DNA of 64,000 bases, taken from contig CBDEFM010000002.1 of assembly GCA_965237415.1 (NCBI GenBank), positions 1,920,001 through 1,984,000 of the forward strand, in the 5' to 3' direction. Below, one piece after another: positions 22,919 through 31,832 of the stretch (its first letter is position 1; each line of letters begins with the position of its first letter). The notes under the pieces were generated by a model that worked only from the letters and a program-made list of their open reading frames with translations, was not told the origin of the DNA and made no database searches. This DNA is from Alphaproteobacteria bacterium. GTDB taxonomy: Bacteria > Pseudomonadota > Alphaproteobacteria > UBA828. Made by a program: the position numbers and the translations under genes.

Positions 22919-24409
22919 GTGATTGCGATGCCGGAGCCCGACGCGGGCGTCATCAGCCAGCGGCAGTCCCTGGTCGCAGCGCTGCGCAAGTTGCTGCCCG
23001 AGGACTGCGTCATCGACGACGAGCGCGGTCTGCGCCCCTTCGAGTGCGACGGCCTCAGCGCCTACCGGGCACTGCCCATGGTCGTCGTCCTGCCGCGCGA
23101 TACGGGCGAAATCAGCCGCGTGCTGGCGCTCTGCCACGATCGGGGGGTCAAGATCGTGCCTCGCGGCGCCGGCACCGGGCTTTCGGGCGGGGCGCTGCCG
23201 CTCGCCGACGGGGTCACCGTGGGCTTCGGCAAGCTCAACCGGATCCTCGAGATCGACACCGCCAACCGCTGCGCCGTGGTCCAGCCTGGCGTCGCCAACC
23301 TCGCTATCAGCACGGCGGTGAGCCCCTACGGCTTCTACTATGCGCCGGACCCCTCCAGCCAGATTTCCTGCTCGATCGGCGGCAACGTCGCCGAGAATTC
23401 CGGCGGCGTGCACTGCCTCAAGTACGGGCTCACCACCAACAACCTGCTCGGTATCGAGATGGTGCTGATGGATGGCGAGGTCCTGCGCCTCGGCGGCAAG
23501 CAATTCGATGCCGAGGGCTACGACATGCTCGGCGTCGTGACCGGGTCCGAGGGGCTGCTCGGTGCCGTCACCGAGGTGACGGTGCGCATACTCCCCAAGC
23601 CCGCCACGGTGCGCGCGCTCCTTCTCGGCTTCCCCGACAACGCCTCGGCCGGCGCCTGCGTGGGCGAGATCATCGCCGCCGGAATCATCCCGGCAGGGCT
23701 GGAGATGATGGACAAGCCGGCGATCGAGGCGGCGGAGAGCTTCTGCCAGCCCGGCTATCCCATGGATGTCGCCGCAATCCTGATTTGCGAGCTCGACGGG
23801 CCGGAGGTGGAGGTCGACGAGCTCGTCGCCCTGGTGGGCGACCTCGCCCGCAAGTCGGGAGCGACGACGATCCGCGGGAGCAGGGACGAGGCGGAGCGGG
23901 AGCGCTTCTGGCTCGGCCGCAAGTCCGCCTTCGGCGCCGCAGGCCGCATGGCGCCCGACTATTACGTCATGGACGGCACCATCCCGCGCGCCCGCCTGCC
24001 CGAAGTCCTGACCCGGATCGGCGAACTTTCCCGCGAATACGACTTGCCGGTCGCCAATGTCTTTCACGCGGGCGACGGCAATCTGCATCCGCTCATCATG
24101 TACGATTCCAGCATCCCCGGCGCCCTTCAGCGCACCGAGGAGATGGGCTCGAAAATTCTCAAGCTCTGCGTCGAGGTGGGCGGCGTGCTGACCGGCGAGC
24201 ACGGCGTCGGCGTCGAGAAGCGCGACCTGATGGGTGCGATGTTCACCGAGGACGACCTCAAGCAGCAGCAGCGCATCAAGTGCGCTTTCGATCCCGACCA
24301 GCTGCTCAACCCCGGCAAGGTCTTCCCGACGCTCCACCGCTGCGCCGAGCTCGGCCAGATGCACGTGCACCGGGGCGAGACGCCGTTTCCCGACCTGCCC
24401 CGCTTCTGA
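22919..24409 (+). CDS. glcD: Glycolate oxidase subunit GlcD
   Basis: PRGAGTGLSGG, YAPDPSSQ..CSIGGNVAENSGGVHCLKYG, FHAGDGNLHP, GEHGVG. Confidence 0.93.
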   Translation: MIAMPEPDAGVISQRQSLVAALRKLLPEDCVIDDERGLRPFECDGLSAYRALPMVVVLPRDTGEISRVLALCHDRGVKIVPRGAGTGLSGGALPLADGVTVGFGKLNRILEIDTANRCAVVQPGVANLAISTAVSPYGFYYAPDPSSQISCSIGGNVAENSGGVHCLKYGLTTNNLLGIEMVLMDGEVLRLGGKQFDAEGYDMLGVVTGSEGLLGAVTEVTVRILPKPATVRALLLGFPDNASAGACVGEIIAAGIIPAGLEMMDKPAIEAAESFCQPGYPMDVAAILICELDGPEVEVDELVALVGDLARKSGATTIRGSRDEAERERFWLGRKSAFGAAGRMAPDYYVMDGTIPRARLPEVLTRIGELSREYDLPVANVFHAGDGNLHPLIMYDSSIPGALQRTEEMGSKILKLCVEVGGVLTGEHGVGVEKRDLMGAMFTEDDLKQQQRIKCAFDPDQLLNPGKVFPTLHRCAELGQMHVHRGETPFPDLPRF

Positions 24410-25674
24410 TGGCCGAGAGCCTGGCCCCGACCGATGCGGACGGCCTCGCGGACGCCGTCCGCTGGGCAGTTGCGGGCGAACACCCGCTCGAAGTCTTAGC
24501 CGGCGGCTCCAAGCAAACGCTGGGCCGCCCGGTGCAGAGCGCGGCGACCGTCTCGCTCGCCGCGTTCGACGGCATTGTCGACTATCAACCCTCCGAGCTG
24601 GTGCTGACGGCACAGGCGGCGACACCGCTCGCCACCATCGAGGTCGCACTCGAGGCCGAGCGGCAGATGCTGGCGTTCGAGCCTGCGGACTATGGGACTC
24701 TGCTCCGCGCGCCCGGCGGTGCCGACCTCCGCGCGACTGGCGGCGCGACGCTCAGCGCGCCTGGCGGCGCGACTCTGGGCGGCGCACTGGCCTGCAACCT
24801 CTCGGGCCCGCGCCGGATCAAGGCGGGCGCCGCGCGCGATCACTTCCTCGGCATGCATGCGGTGAGCGGGCGGGGCGAGCGCTTCAAGGCCGGTGGCCGC
24901 GTGGTCAAGAACGTGACCGGCTACGATGTCTGCAAGCTGCTCGCGGGCTCCTACGGCACGCTCGCGCTCATGCACGAGGTGACGGTCAAGGTCCTGCCGG
25001 CGCCGGAGCGGACGCGCACGGTCCTGGTGTTCGGCTTGGAGCCGGGCGCGGCTCTCGATGCCCTCGGCGCGGCGCTCGGGAGCGCCCACGAGGTCTCGGG
25101 CGCCGCCCACATGCCGGCTGAGATCGCGGCACGCTCGGCGGTCTCCTACGTCTCAGGCGCCGGCGCCGCAGTCAGCGCCGTGCGGGTCGAGGGCTTCCCC
25201 GCGTCGGTGGAGGCACGCTGCGAGGCATTGCGCGCGTTGCTCGGGCGCTTCGGCGCGGTCGAGGAACTCCACTCGAAGAACTCGGCGATGCTCTGGCGCG
25301 AGATCCGCGACGTCCGGGCCTTTGCCGGTGACGGCAGGCCGCTCTGGCGCCTCTCCGTGCCGCCGGCATCGGGCGCGGCTGCGGCCGCGCGCGTGGCAGA
25401 GGCGGCGGACGTGCGTGCCCTCTTCGACTGGGGCGGCGGACTCCTCTGGCTCGCGGTCGACGGCGCGCCGGACGCGGGCGAAGCCCCGGTGCGCGCTGCC
25501 GCTGCGGCAGCGGGCGGGCACGCGACCCTGGTCCGCGCCGATGCGCCGACGAGAGCGGCGCGCGCAGTATTTCAGCCCCAGACGACGGGGCTTGCGGCGC
25601 TGACCGCGCGCATCAAGCGCGCCTTCGATCCGACCGGCGTGCTCAATCCCGGGCGCATGTACGCGGGCGTGTAG
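24409..25674 (+). CDS. glcE: Glycolate oxidase FAD-binding subunit GlcE
   Basis: YQPSELV, NLSGPRRIKAGAARDH, GGRVVKNVTGYD, FDWGGGL, FDPTGVLNPGR. Confidence 0.92.
   Translation: MAESLAPTDADGLADAVRWAVAGEHPLEVLAGGSKQTLGRPVQSAATVSLAAFDGIVDYQPSELVLTAQAATPLATIEVALEAERQMLAFEPADYGTLLRAPGGADLRATGGATLSAPGGATLGGALACNLSGPRRIKAGAARDHFLGMHAVSGRGERFKAGGRVVKNVTGYDVCKLLAGSYGTLALMHEVTVKVLPAPERTRTVLVFGLEPGAALDALGAALGSAHEVSGAAHMPAEIAARSAVSYVSGAGAAVSAVRVEGFPASVEARCEALRALLGRFGAVEELHSKNSAMLWREIRDVRAFAGDGRPLWRLSVPPASGAAAAARVAEAADVRALFDWGGGLLWLAVDGAPDAGEAPVRAAAAAAGGHATLVRADAPTRAARAVFQPQTTGLAALTARIKRAFDPTGVLNPGRMYAGV
24703..24774 (+). repeat. Three imperfect 24-nt in-frame tandem repeats inside glcE
   Basis: ctccgcgcgcccggcggtgccgac / ctccgcgcgactggcggcgcgacg / ctcagcgcgcctggcggcgcgact (LRAPGGAD LRATGGAT LSAPGGAT). 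Confidence 0.8.
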
Positions 25675-25679
25675 CGAGG

Positions 25680-26984
25680 ATGCAGACCCAGTTCTCCGAG
25701 AGCCAGCTGGCGCACCCGGCGCTGGCCCAGGCCAACGAGGTGCTCCGCACCTGCGTCCATTGCGGGCTTTGCCTCTCCACCTGCCCCACCTATGCGCTGC
25801 TCGGCGACGAGCGGGACAGCCCGCGCGGGCGCATCTACCTGATCAAGGACATGCTGGAGCAGGACGCGCCGGCGGACGCCACGGTGACCCGTCACATCGA
25901 CCGCTGCCTCTCCTGCCTCTCCTGCATGACGACCTGCCCGGCGGGCGTCGATTACATGCACCTGGTCGATCACGCGCGCGGCCACATCGAACGAACTTGG
26001 GAACGCCCGCCCGCCGAGCGCGCGCTGCGCACGTTGCTCAGCACCATATTGCCGCGCCCGGGCCTCGCGCGCCTCGCGCTCATGGCTGCGCGCGGTCCGT
26101 CCCTGTTGGCGCCGCTCTTCGGCGGGCGCATCGGTGCGCTGTTGCGCCTCGCGGGCCGCCCGTCCTATGGGCCGAGCTGGGTCGAGCGGCCGCAGGTGAT
26201 CGCCGCCCAGGGCCGGCGCCGCAAGCGTGTGGCGCTGCTCATGGGCTGCGTGCAGTGCACCCTCGCGCCCGAAATCAACGAGGCGGCGGTCCGCGTGCTC
26301 ACCCGCCACGGCTGCGAGGTCGTGGTGCCGCGCGGTGCCGGCTGCTGCGGCGCGCTCTCGCACCACCTGGGCGACGAAGCGCGCGGCCGGGCCCAAGCCG
26401 GGCGCACGGCAGCCGCATTCGCGCGGGAGGCCGCTGAAGGCGGGCTCGACGCGGTCGTCGCCACGGCATCCGGCTGCGGGACGATGCTCAAGGACTACGG
26501 CCATCTGCTGAAGGACGACGGGGCCCATGCCGCCGACGGAGCACAGGTGGCGGCGCTTGCCCGCGATATCAGCGAGGTGCTCGACGAGCTTGGCCTCACG
26601 TGCGACGGGCGAGCGCCCACGAGTGCGCCCGTCGCCTATCATTCGGCCTGCTCGCTACAGCACGGTCAGCGGATCGACCGCCAGCCGAGGGCGCTCCTCG
26701 CGGCCGCCGGCTTCACCGTGCGAACGGTCCCGGATGGACATTTCTGCTGCGGCTCGGCGGGAACTTATAATATTCTTCAGCCGGACCTCGCCGGGGCACT
26801 CGGCGCGCGCAAGGCGGCGGCGATCGAGAGCACCGGTGCCGCGTTCGTGGCCGCCGGTAACATCGGCTGCATGGTGCAGATCGCCAGCCACACCGCGCTG
26901 CCGGTGGTGCACACGGTCGAGCTCCTCGACTGGGCGACCGGCGGGCCGTGTCCTTCGGCGCTGCAACAGACGGCCGCAGCGTAA
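25680..26984 (+). CDS. glcF: Glycolate oxidase iron-sulfur subunit GlcF
   Basis: CVHCGLCLSTCP, CLSCLSCMTTCP, two CCG domains. Confidence 0.94.
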   Translation: MQTQFSESQLAHPALAQANEVLRTCVHCGLCLSTCPTYALLGDERDSPRGRIYLIKDMLEQDAPADATVTRHIDRCLSCLSCMTTCPAGVDYMHLVDHARGHIERTWERPPAERALRTLLSTILPRPGLARLALMAARGPSLLAPLFGGRIGALLRLAGRPSYGPSWVERPQVIAAQGRRRKRVALLMGCVQCTLAPEINEAAVRVLTRHGCEVVVPRGAGCCGALSHHLGDEARGRAQAGRTAAAFAREAAEGGLDAVVATASGCGTMLKDYGHLLKDDGAHAADGAQVAALARDISEVLDELGLTCDGRAPTSAPVAYHSACSLQHGQRIDRQPRALLAAAGFTVRTVPDGHFCCGSAGTYNILQPDLAGALGARKAAAIESTGAAFVAAGNIGCMVQIASHTALPVVHTVELLDWATGGPCPSALQQTAAA

Positions 26985-27067
26985 CGCCACCGGGCAGGAA
27001 CTGACGCTGGGGAGAGCGACATCGGGTCGAGCCTTCGTTCGGATCGCCCGATGCCAGGCAGGACACT

Positions 27068-27406
27068 ATGGACGTGACGACGGAACGAGAGGACGGCGTG
27101 CTGTCGGTGCAGGTGGAGGGGCGCATCGATGGCTCCACCGTGCTCGCGTTCCACGAGGCGATCGAGACCGCGCTTAAGGACGGCGACCACGCCGTGATCG
27201 TGGACTGCGAGAGGCTGAGTTACATCGGCAGCGCGGGTCTTCGCACCATGCTTTCGATCGCCAAGGCCGTTTCCAACCGCGATGCACACTTTGCGCTCTG
27301 CGCGCTTTCGGATCCGGTGCTGAAGATCTTCGAGAAGAGCGGCTTCGATACGATCATCACGATCCGCCCGTCACGAACCGAGGCGCTCGCCGCGATCGCC
27401 GACTAA
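27068..27406 (+). CDS. STAS-domain anti-sigma-factor antagonist
   Basis: 112 aa, GRID, LSYIGSAGLR (phosphoacceptor Ser motif), IFEKSGFD. Confidence 0.9.
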   Translation: MDVTTEREDGVLSVQVEGRIDGSTVLAFHEAIETALKDGDHAVIVDCERLSYIGSAGLRTMLSIAKAVSNRDAHFALCALSDPVLKIFEKSGFDTIITIRPSRTEALAAIAD

Positions 27407-27455
27407 ACCGAGCCGCTCCGAGCGGCGCGGTCGAACCGGGCCGGCGCGAGGGCAA

Positions 27456-28400
27456 TCACAGCCCGATTGCTTTCTGCGCCTCCTCGGTGAGCGCGATGCC
27501 CGCGTTTGCCGTGGCATCCGCCAGCACATCGATCCACTGCTGGCCATGGGCGGCGACGCGATGAGTGAGGCCGATCCGCCGCGAGGGCTCGGGCGCGGCA
27601 AAGCGAAGGAAGCTCAGGCCGGGAACGATTGCGCGTTCGGTAAGCGCGGCCGTTTCGGGCAGGAGCGTCAGTCCCGCGCCGCTTGCGACAAGCCTCGACA
27701 ACGTGGCGAGCGACTCTGCACCGCGGCGCACCTCCCGCGTGCGCCACATCAAGGAGGCGCCGAGAACCTGGTCGGCCAGACAATGGCCGTCGCCGAGCGT
27801 AAGGAGCGGCCCGATATCCGCCCGTGCCAGATCCGACGGACGCAGGTCATCGCCGAGTGTGCGGCGGATCGAAGCAAGGCGCTCGGTTCGGCCGGCGAGC
27901 ACAAGGCGTTCCTCGAAGAGCTCGCGTTCGGGCAGCTCCAGCAGCCCCAGCGGGAGCGAGACGACCGCCGCGTCGAGACGGCCGGCAAGCAGGCTGGACA
28001 CGAGGTCCTGCCCCGGCGCCTCCAGGATGTCGAGCTCGATACGGGGCGAGGCGTCGTGCAAATTTTTCAGCAGTCCCGAGATCAGGTAAGGCGCGAGCGT
28101 AGAGACGATCCCGACGGAGACCCTGAGGGGGCCCGTCTCGAATCTCTGGCCCAGGTTCTGGAGGAGCAGTGTTTCGTCCAGGATCCGAAGGGTCTGCTCA
28201 TGCGCTTCCCGGCCGAGCGGCGTGAGCAGAATGCCGCGGCTCTCCCGCTCCACCAGAGGCCCGCCGAGAGAGGACTCGAGTTCGCGGATCTGGAGCGAGA
28301 GCGCAGGCTGCGAAACGTGAACGCTCTCGGCCGCCCGGCTGAAGGAGCCATGTTCGATCAACGCCTGGAAGTAGCGCAGCTGACGCAATGTGACCGGCAT
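27456..28400 (-). CDS. LysR-family regulator, OxyR-like
   Basis: TLRQLRYF..SFSRAAE...VSQPALSLQIRELE; STLAPYL, DGHCLADQ, ESLATL, GLTLLP, PEPSRRIGL. Confidence 0.88.
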   Translation of the reverse strand: MPVTLRQLRYFQALIEHGSFSRAAESVHVSQPALSLQIRELESSLGGPLVERESRGILLTPLGREAHEQTLRILDETLLLQNLGQRFETGPLRVSVGIVSTLAPYLISGLLKNLHDASPRIELDILEAPGQDLVSSLLAGRLDAAVVSLPLGLLELPERELFEERLVLAGRTERLASIRRTLGDDLRPSDLARADIGPLLTLGDGHCLADQVLGASLMWRTREVRRGAESLATLSRLVASGAGLTLLPETAALTERAIVPGLSFLRFAAPEPSRRIGLTHRVAAHGQQWIDVLADATANAGIALTEEAQKAIGL

Positions 28401-28661
28401 GTCCTGTCCCCATGGGCGCGACCGCAGCGAGGGAAGCGATCCAGGCCCAGCGTGAGCGAGAGAGTGCCCCGGCAACGGGGCCATCAGATGGAACGTGAGA
28501 CCACCTCGAAGGCCGGGCCTAGACCGATCCGGCGCTGCGGTCCTCAACCGCGCGAGCCCGGCTGAGGTTGGGAAGCGAGGGCTGCCTCAGAGGGCAGTGC
28601 CCCTGCCTCGGGGCGACACGGCGAACGGCGGGTTCGACAAACGGAGAACGAATCTCCTGGC

Positions 28662-28913
28662 CTATGCCGCCGTAGCTGCTGCGACCGGGCCGCTACGATG
28701 CCCCACGCGGCCCGGTTCGGTATGCCGCGGTGAGAACCGTCTCGCCGACGATACCCTCCGCCTCGGCTGCGTCCGTTTCCCGGATCGCGATCCTGCCTGC
28801 TCGTCGATAGTCCCTATACTGCCGACGATCCCTTCCGTCTCGGCGTCGTCGATCGCCTAAGCCTTCTCGTCGGACTTGTCGCCCTTGCCGGGCGCCGTCT
28901 CCCTCTCATCCAT
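28662..28913 (-). pseudogene. Possible degraded small-peptide gene with repeated D-x-A-E-x-E-G-I-V-G motif
   Basis: Strong SD GGGAGG 8 nt before ATG 28913; MDERETAPGKGDKSDEKA-TAG-AIDDAETEGIVGS...; second motif copy 77 nt away in another frame. Confidence 0.35.
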
Positions 28914-29113
28914 CGTGCTTTCCTCCCTTCGTGACGAGTTTTATTCTTGGCCTTGGGTGACACCGGACAATGCGTCTTCGGTCACCCCCACTCTTTGTTA
29001 AGCTTGCATCTTTGTGATGGTATGCCAAAAGAATTACCGCTACCGAATCCTGTGTTCTTCGATAAGTTGAACTTATACGGCTCATCCCCGCAGGGCGGCG
29101 GGCATGCGCGCAA

Positions 29114-31099
29114 TCATGCGGAGACACCATCGTCCGCCTTGCCATCGTAGCGCAGCACGACGCATGTGATGTCGTCCGACTGCTCTGCCTCGCCAACGAA
29201 CTTTACCACCGCACTGGTCACGTTCGTGAGCACGACGTCGACAGGCAGGTCGTGGCCATCTGCGAGAACTTCCTCCAGACGCGCCTCGGTGAACTCCTCG
29301 TTGTCCACGTTCATGGCTTCGGTGATGCCGTCCGTGTAGAGGAACATCGTGTCTCCCGGAGCCATCGTCACCGCGTCTTCGTTGTAGGGCAATCCGGGCA
29401 TGACGCCGACGGCCATGCCCCCGGTCATCGGCAGCGGCGCGACCTCGCCGGGGCGCCGGACCACGAACGGGGGGTTGTGCCCGGCGTTGGCATAGATGAA
29501 CTCGCCAGAGTCGGGGTCCAGGATGCCGTAGAACAGCGTCACGAACAGGTCTTGAGGGTTCTGCTCGCAGATGGCGTCGTTGACCTCTTGCAGGCAGGGG
29601 CCCGGGGTGGGATGCCGGGCTGCGGCGGCGCGCATCACGGTCCGCGCAATCGCCATAAAGAACGCCGCCGGCACGCCCTTGCCGGAGACATCTGCCATGA
29701 CCACGCTCAGGCGGCCGTCGCCCAAAGTGAAGAAGTCGTAGAAGTCGCCGCCCATCTCGCGCGCGGGAGTCATGAGCGCGTGCCCCGAATAGGTCGGATT
29801 TTCCGGCATCGTCTTGGGCAAGATCGCTCCCTGCAGGGCATGCGCGATCTTGAGCTCGGACTCCATGCGCTCTTTTGCCCGTTCGAGCTGCGCGTTCGAT
29901 GCCTCCAGGTCCCGCGTGCGTGCGCGCACCATGCTTTCCAGATATTCCTCGCGCGCCTGGACCTGGCGCACCATGTTCTGGAACACGCGGACCAGCGTGC
30001 CGAGCTCGTCGCGCCGGGCGGCCACGGTGTCGAGAGTCTCCGGGGCGAAGCTCAGCGTGTCGGTGTCCACTTCCGCTGCCGCCGCGGTCAACGCCGTGAC
30101 CGGCTGCACGATGCGCCGCGCGGACAGTGCTGCAATGACGGAACCGATGGCGAAGGCCGCCGCCGCGACAATCAGTCCATACTTGATGTGATCCGCGAAC
30201 AACTGATCCAGGTGATCGCGCTGCATGTGAATAACGGCAGCGCCCGTGGCGACGCCGCCGCGGTCGAGAATCGGCGCGGCCACATGGAGGGCGCTGTCGC
30301 CGAGATAGGACATGGCGCCGTCCACACCCAGTGCACGCGTGGCAAGCTCTTCGTCTTCGGTTGAGAGCGTCGCGTCCGACATGGGCACGCCCTTGCTCTC
30401 AAATGCGGCCATGCCGATCAAATCGAGCAGGTCGTTGACCACCCAGATCGCCCGGATGGCCTCGCGCCCGGCCAGCGAGTCCAGCGCGGCTTCGATACCG
30501 ATGATTTCGCCCGGACCGCCGGTCTTGGCTGCCAGCGTGCCGACCAGCACGGATTCGTGGCTGCCGGCGCGAACGCCCACATACCGGATGGGCTTTTCCC
30601 ACCCCTTTGGCGGGATCGACTGGAAGGAAATGGAGAAGCGGCGGCCGGAGACCAGCGCCTCCACGACTCGGGAATCGATACCGGCGGACGCCAGATCCGA
30701 GGGGTCGCCCTCGCTCAGGCCGTCGACGGCACGCACCAGCGGCTCACCGCCTTCGCCCAGCAGCCAGATGTCATCGACGGAGCTATCCGCCGTCAGTCGC
30801 GCGAAATAGGCCCCGAGAGCGTCGTCGCCTCCCTCCTCGTGCTCGTGATTTTCGAGGTGGCTGGCGATCGCCAGCGCCTGTGCCTCCATCTGACTGATGA
30901 TCATGCGGTCGATCGCGTCGGCGGTGAGTTCGGCCCGGTTGGCTTCGCTCGCGATAAGCCCGGCAACGAGCCGCGCCTGGTCTTCGGCCTGCTCGATCAG
31001 CGCGTCGCGCGCGAGATAGCCCATCGCCAAGGCGACCCCCGCGATTGCCACGCCGACGCACGCGGCAACCGTGATGATCAGGCGTCGAGAGAGGGTCAA
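29114..31099 (-). CDS. Membrane-bound HAMP + PP2C/SpoIIE (RsbU-like) serine phosphatase
   Basis: TM1, large extracytoplasmic region, TM2, HAMP (PVTALT..RRDELGTL..FQNM), coiled coil, GGDFYDF, ADVSGKG, YTDGITEA, QSDDIT. Confidence 0.93.
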   Translation of the reverse strand: MTLSRRLIITVAACVGVAIAGVALAMGYLARDALIEQAEDQARLVAGLIASEANRAELTADAIDRMIISQMEAQALAIASHLENHEHEEGGDDALGAYFARLTADSSVDDIWLLGEGGEPLVRAVDGLSEGDPSDLASAGIDSRVVEALVSGRRFSISFQSIPPKGWEKPIRYVGVRAGSHESVLVGTLAAKTGGPGEIIGIEAALDSLAGREAIRAIWVVNDLLDLIGMAAFESKGVPMSDATLSTEDEELATRALGVDGAMSYLGDSALHVAAPILDRGGVATGAAVIHMQRDHLDQLFADHIKYGLIVAAAAFAIGSVIAALSARRIVQPVTALTAAAAEVDTDTLSFAPETLDTVAARRDELGTLVRVFQNMVRQVQAREEYLESMVRARTRDLEASNAQLERAKERMESELKIAHALQGAILPKTMPENPTYSGHALMTPAREMGGDFYDFFTLGDGRLSVVMADVSGKGVPAAFFMAIARTVMRAAAARHPTPGPCLQEVNDAICEQNPQDLFVTLFYGILDPDSGEFIYANAGHNPPFVVRRPGEVAPLPMTGGMAVGVMPGLPYNEDAVTMAPGDTMFLYTDGITEAMNVDNEEFTEARLEEVLADGHDLPVDVVLTNVTSAVVKFVGEAEQSDDITCVVLRYDGKADDGVSA

Positions 31100-31154
31100 C
31101 GGCGGCGTCCCGCAATGCTGTACGCCCGATGCCAGAGCCGGGCGCGGGGCGCTG

Positions 31155-31832
31155 TCACGGCAGCGGGCCCCCGGTGAGGTCGGTGGTCTCCTCCAGCGGC
31201 CGGTGCACGCGCCGCTTGATGTGGCTGCTGAGCCTGTTCATGCCGAACGTCAATAGGAGGCTGAACCCGATGAACCAGATCATAGCCCAGAGATAGACCC
31301 AGAGCGCGAGCCCGATCTTGTCGACGGCGCCGATGACCGTATCCGCCCGGCGCACGAGTTCCGGCACACCGATCACCGAGGCGGTGCTGGAGGCCATGAC
31401 GATGATGAGGAAATAGCTGGTCCAGGCCGGCACGAAGAGCAGCGCCTCCGCCATTTCGTGGCGTCGCAAGTGCCGGATCGCGACGAGCGCGTTGTCGGAC
31501 ACATAGCCGGCGACGGCGATTCCCAGCGCGAGCGACGCCTTGATCCATGCCGGGAACGTCGCGGAGGCGCCGAAGAGCGTGATTTCGGTGGGGATGATGT
31601 AGGCCAGATAGAACAGCATGACGAACGTCGGCGCATTGCGCGCCAGTGTCGTCAGCCCGCTGCCGCCATGCCGCGCGCCCCAGTTGGAACCTTCCCGCAG
31701 CGAGGCAAGCGCTAGCCCGACGATCGTCCCGATCGCCATGGCGAGCAGGGAGACGATGATGTTCCAGCCGAATCCCTCCGCCAGATAGGGCGACCAGACC
31801 CAGAGGACGTCGATGGTCTCACGCGCCGTCAT
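31155..31832 (-). CDS. Polar amino acid ABC-type membrane domain (HisM/Q-like, divergent)
   Basis: PYLAEGF..IIVSLLAM.IG...G, RNAPTFVMLF, SSTASVIGVPEL; EAA loop not recognisable. Confidence 0.8.
   Translation of the reverse strand: MTARETIDVLWVWSPYLAEGFGWNIIVSLLAMAIGTIVGLALASLREGSNWGARHGGSGLTTLARNAPTFVMLFYLAYIIPTEITLFGASATFPAWIKASLALGIAVAGYVSDNALVAIRHLRRHEMAEALLFVPAWTSYFLIIVMASSTASVIGVPELVRRADTVIGAVDKIGLALWVYLWAMIWFIGFSLLLTFGMNRLSSHIKRRVHRPLEETTDLTGGPLP

Noticed and set aside
22840-24408. Apparent 944-aa GlcE with long N-terminal extension (similarly 772-aa LepA, 787-aa HppA)
   Set aside because: The extensions are stop-free frames overlapping upstream genes or UTRs; the real starts are at 24409, 9876 and 21390
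28857-28859. Pyrrolysine-type recoding of the amber codon in the small ORF
   Set aside because: No pyl genes in the window, TAG is a normal stop here (lepA, znuB), and a frameshift also follows
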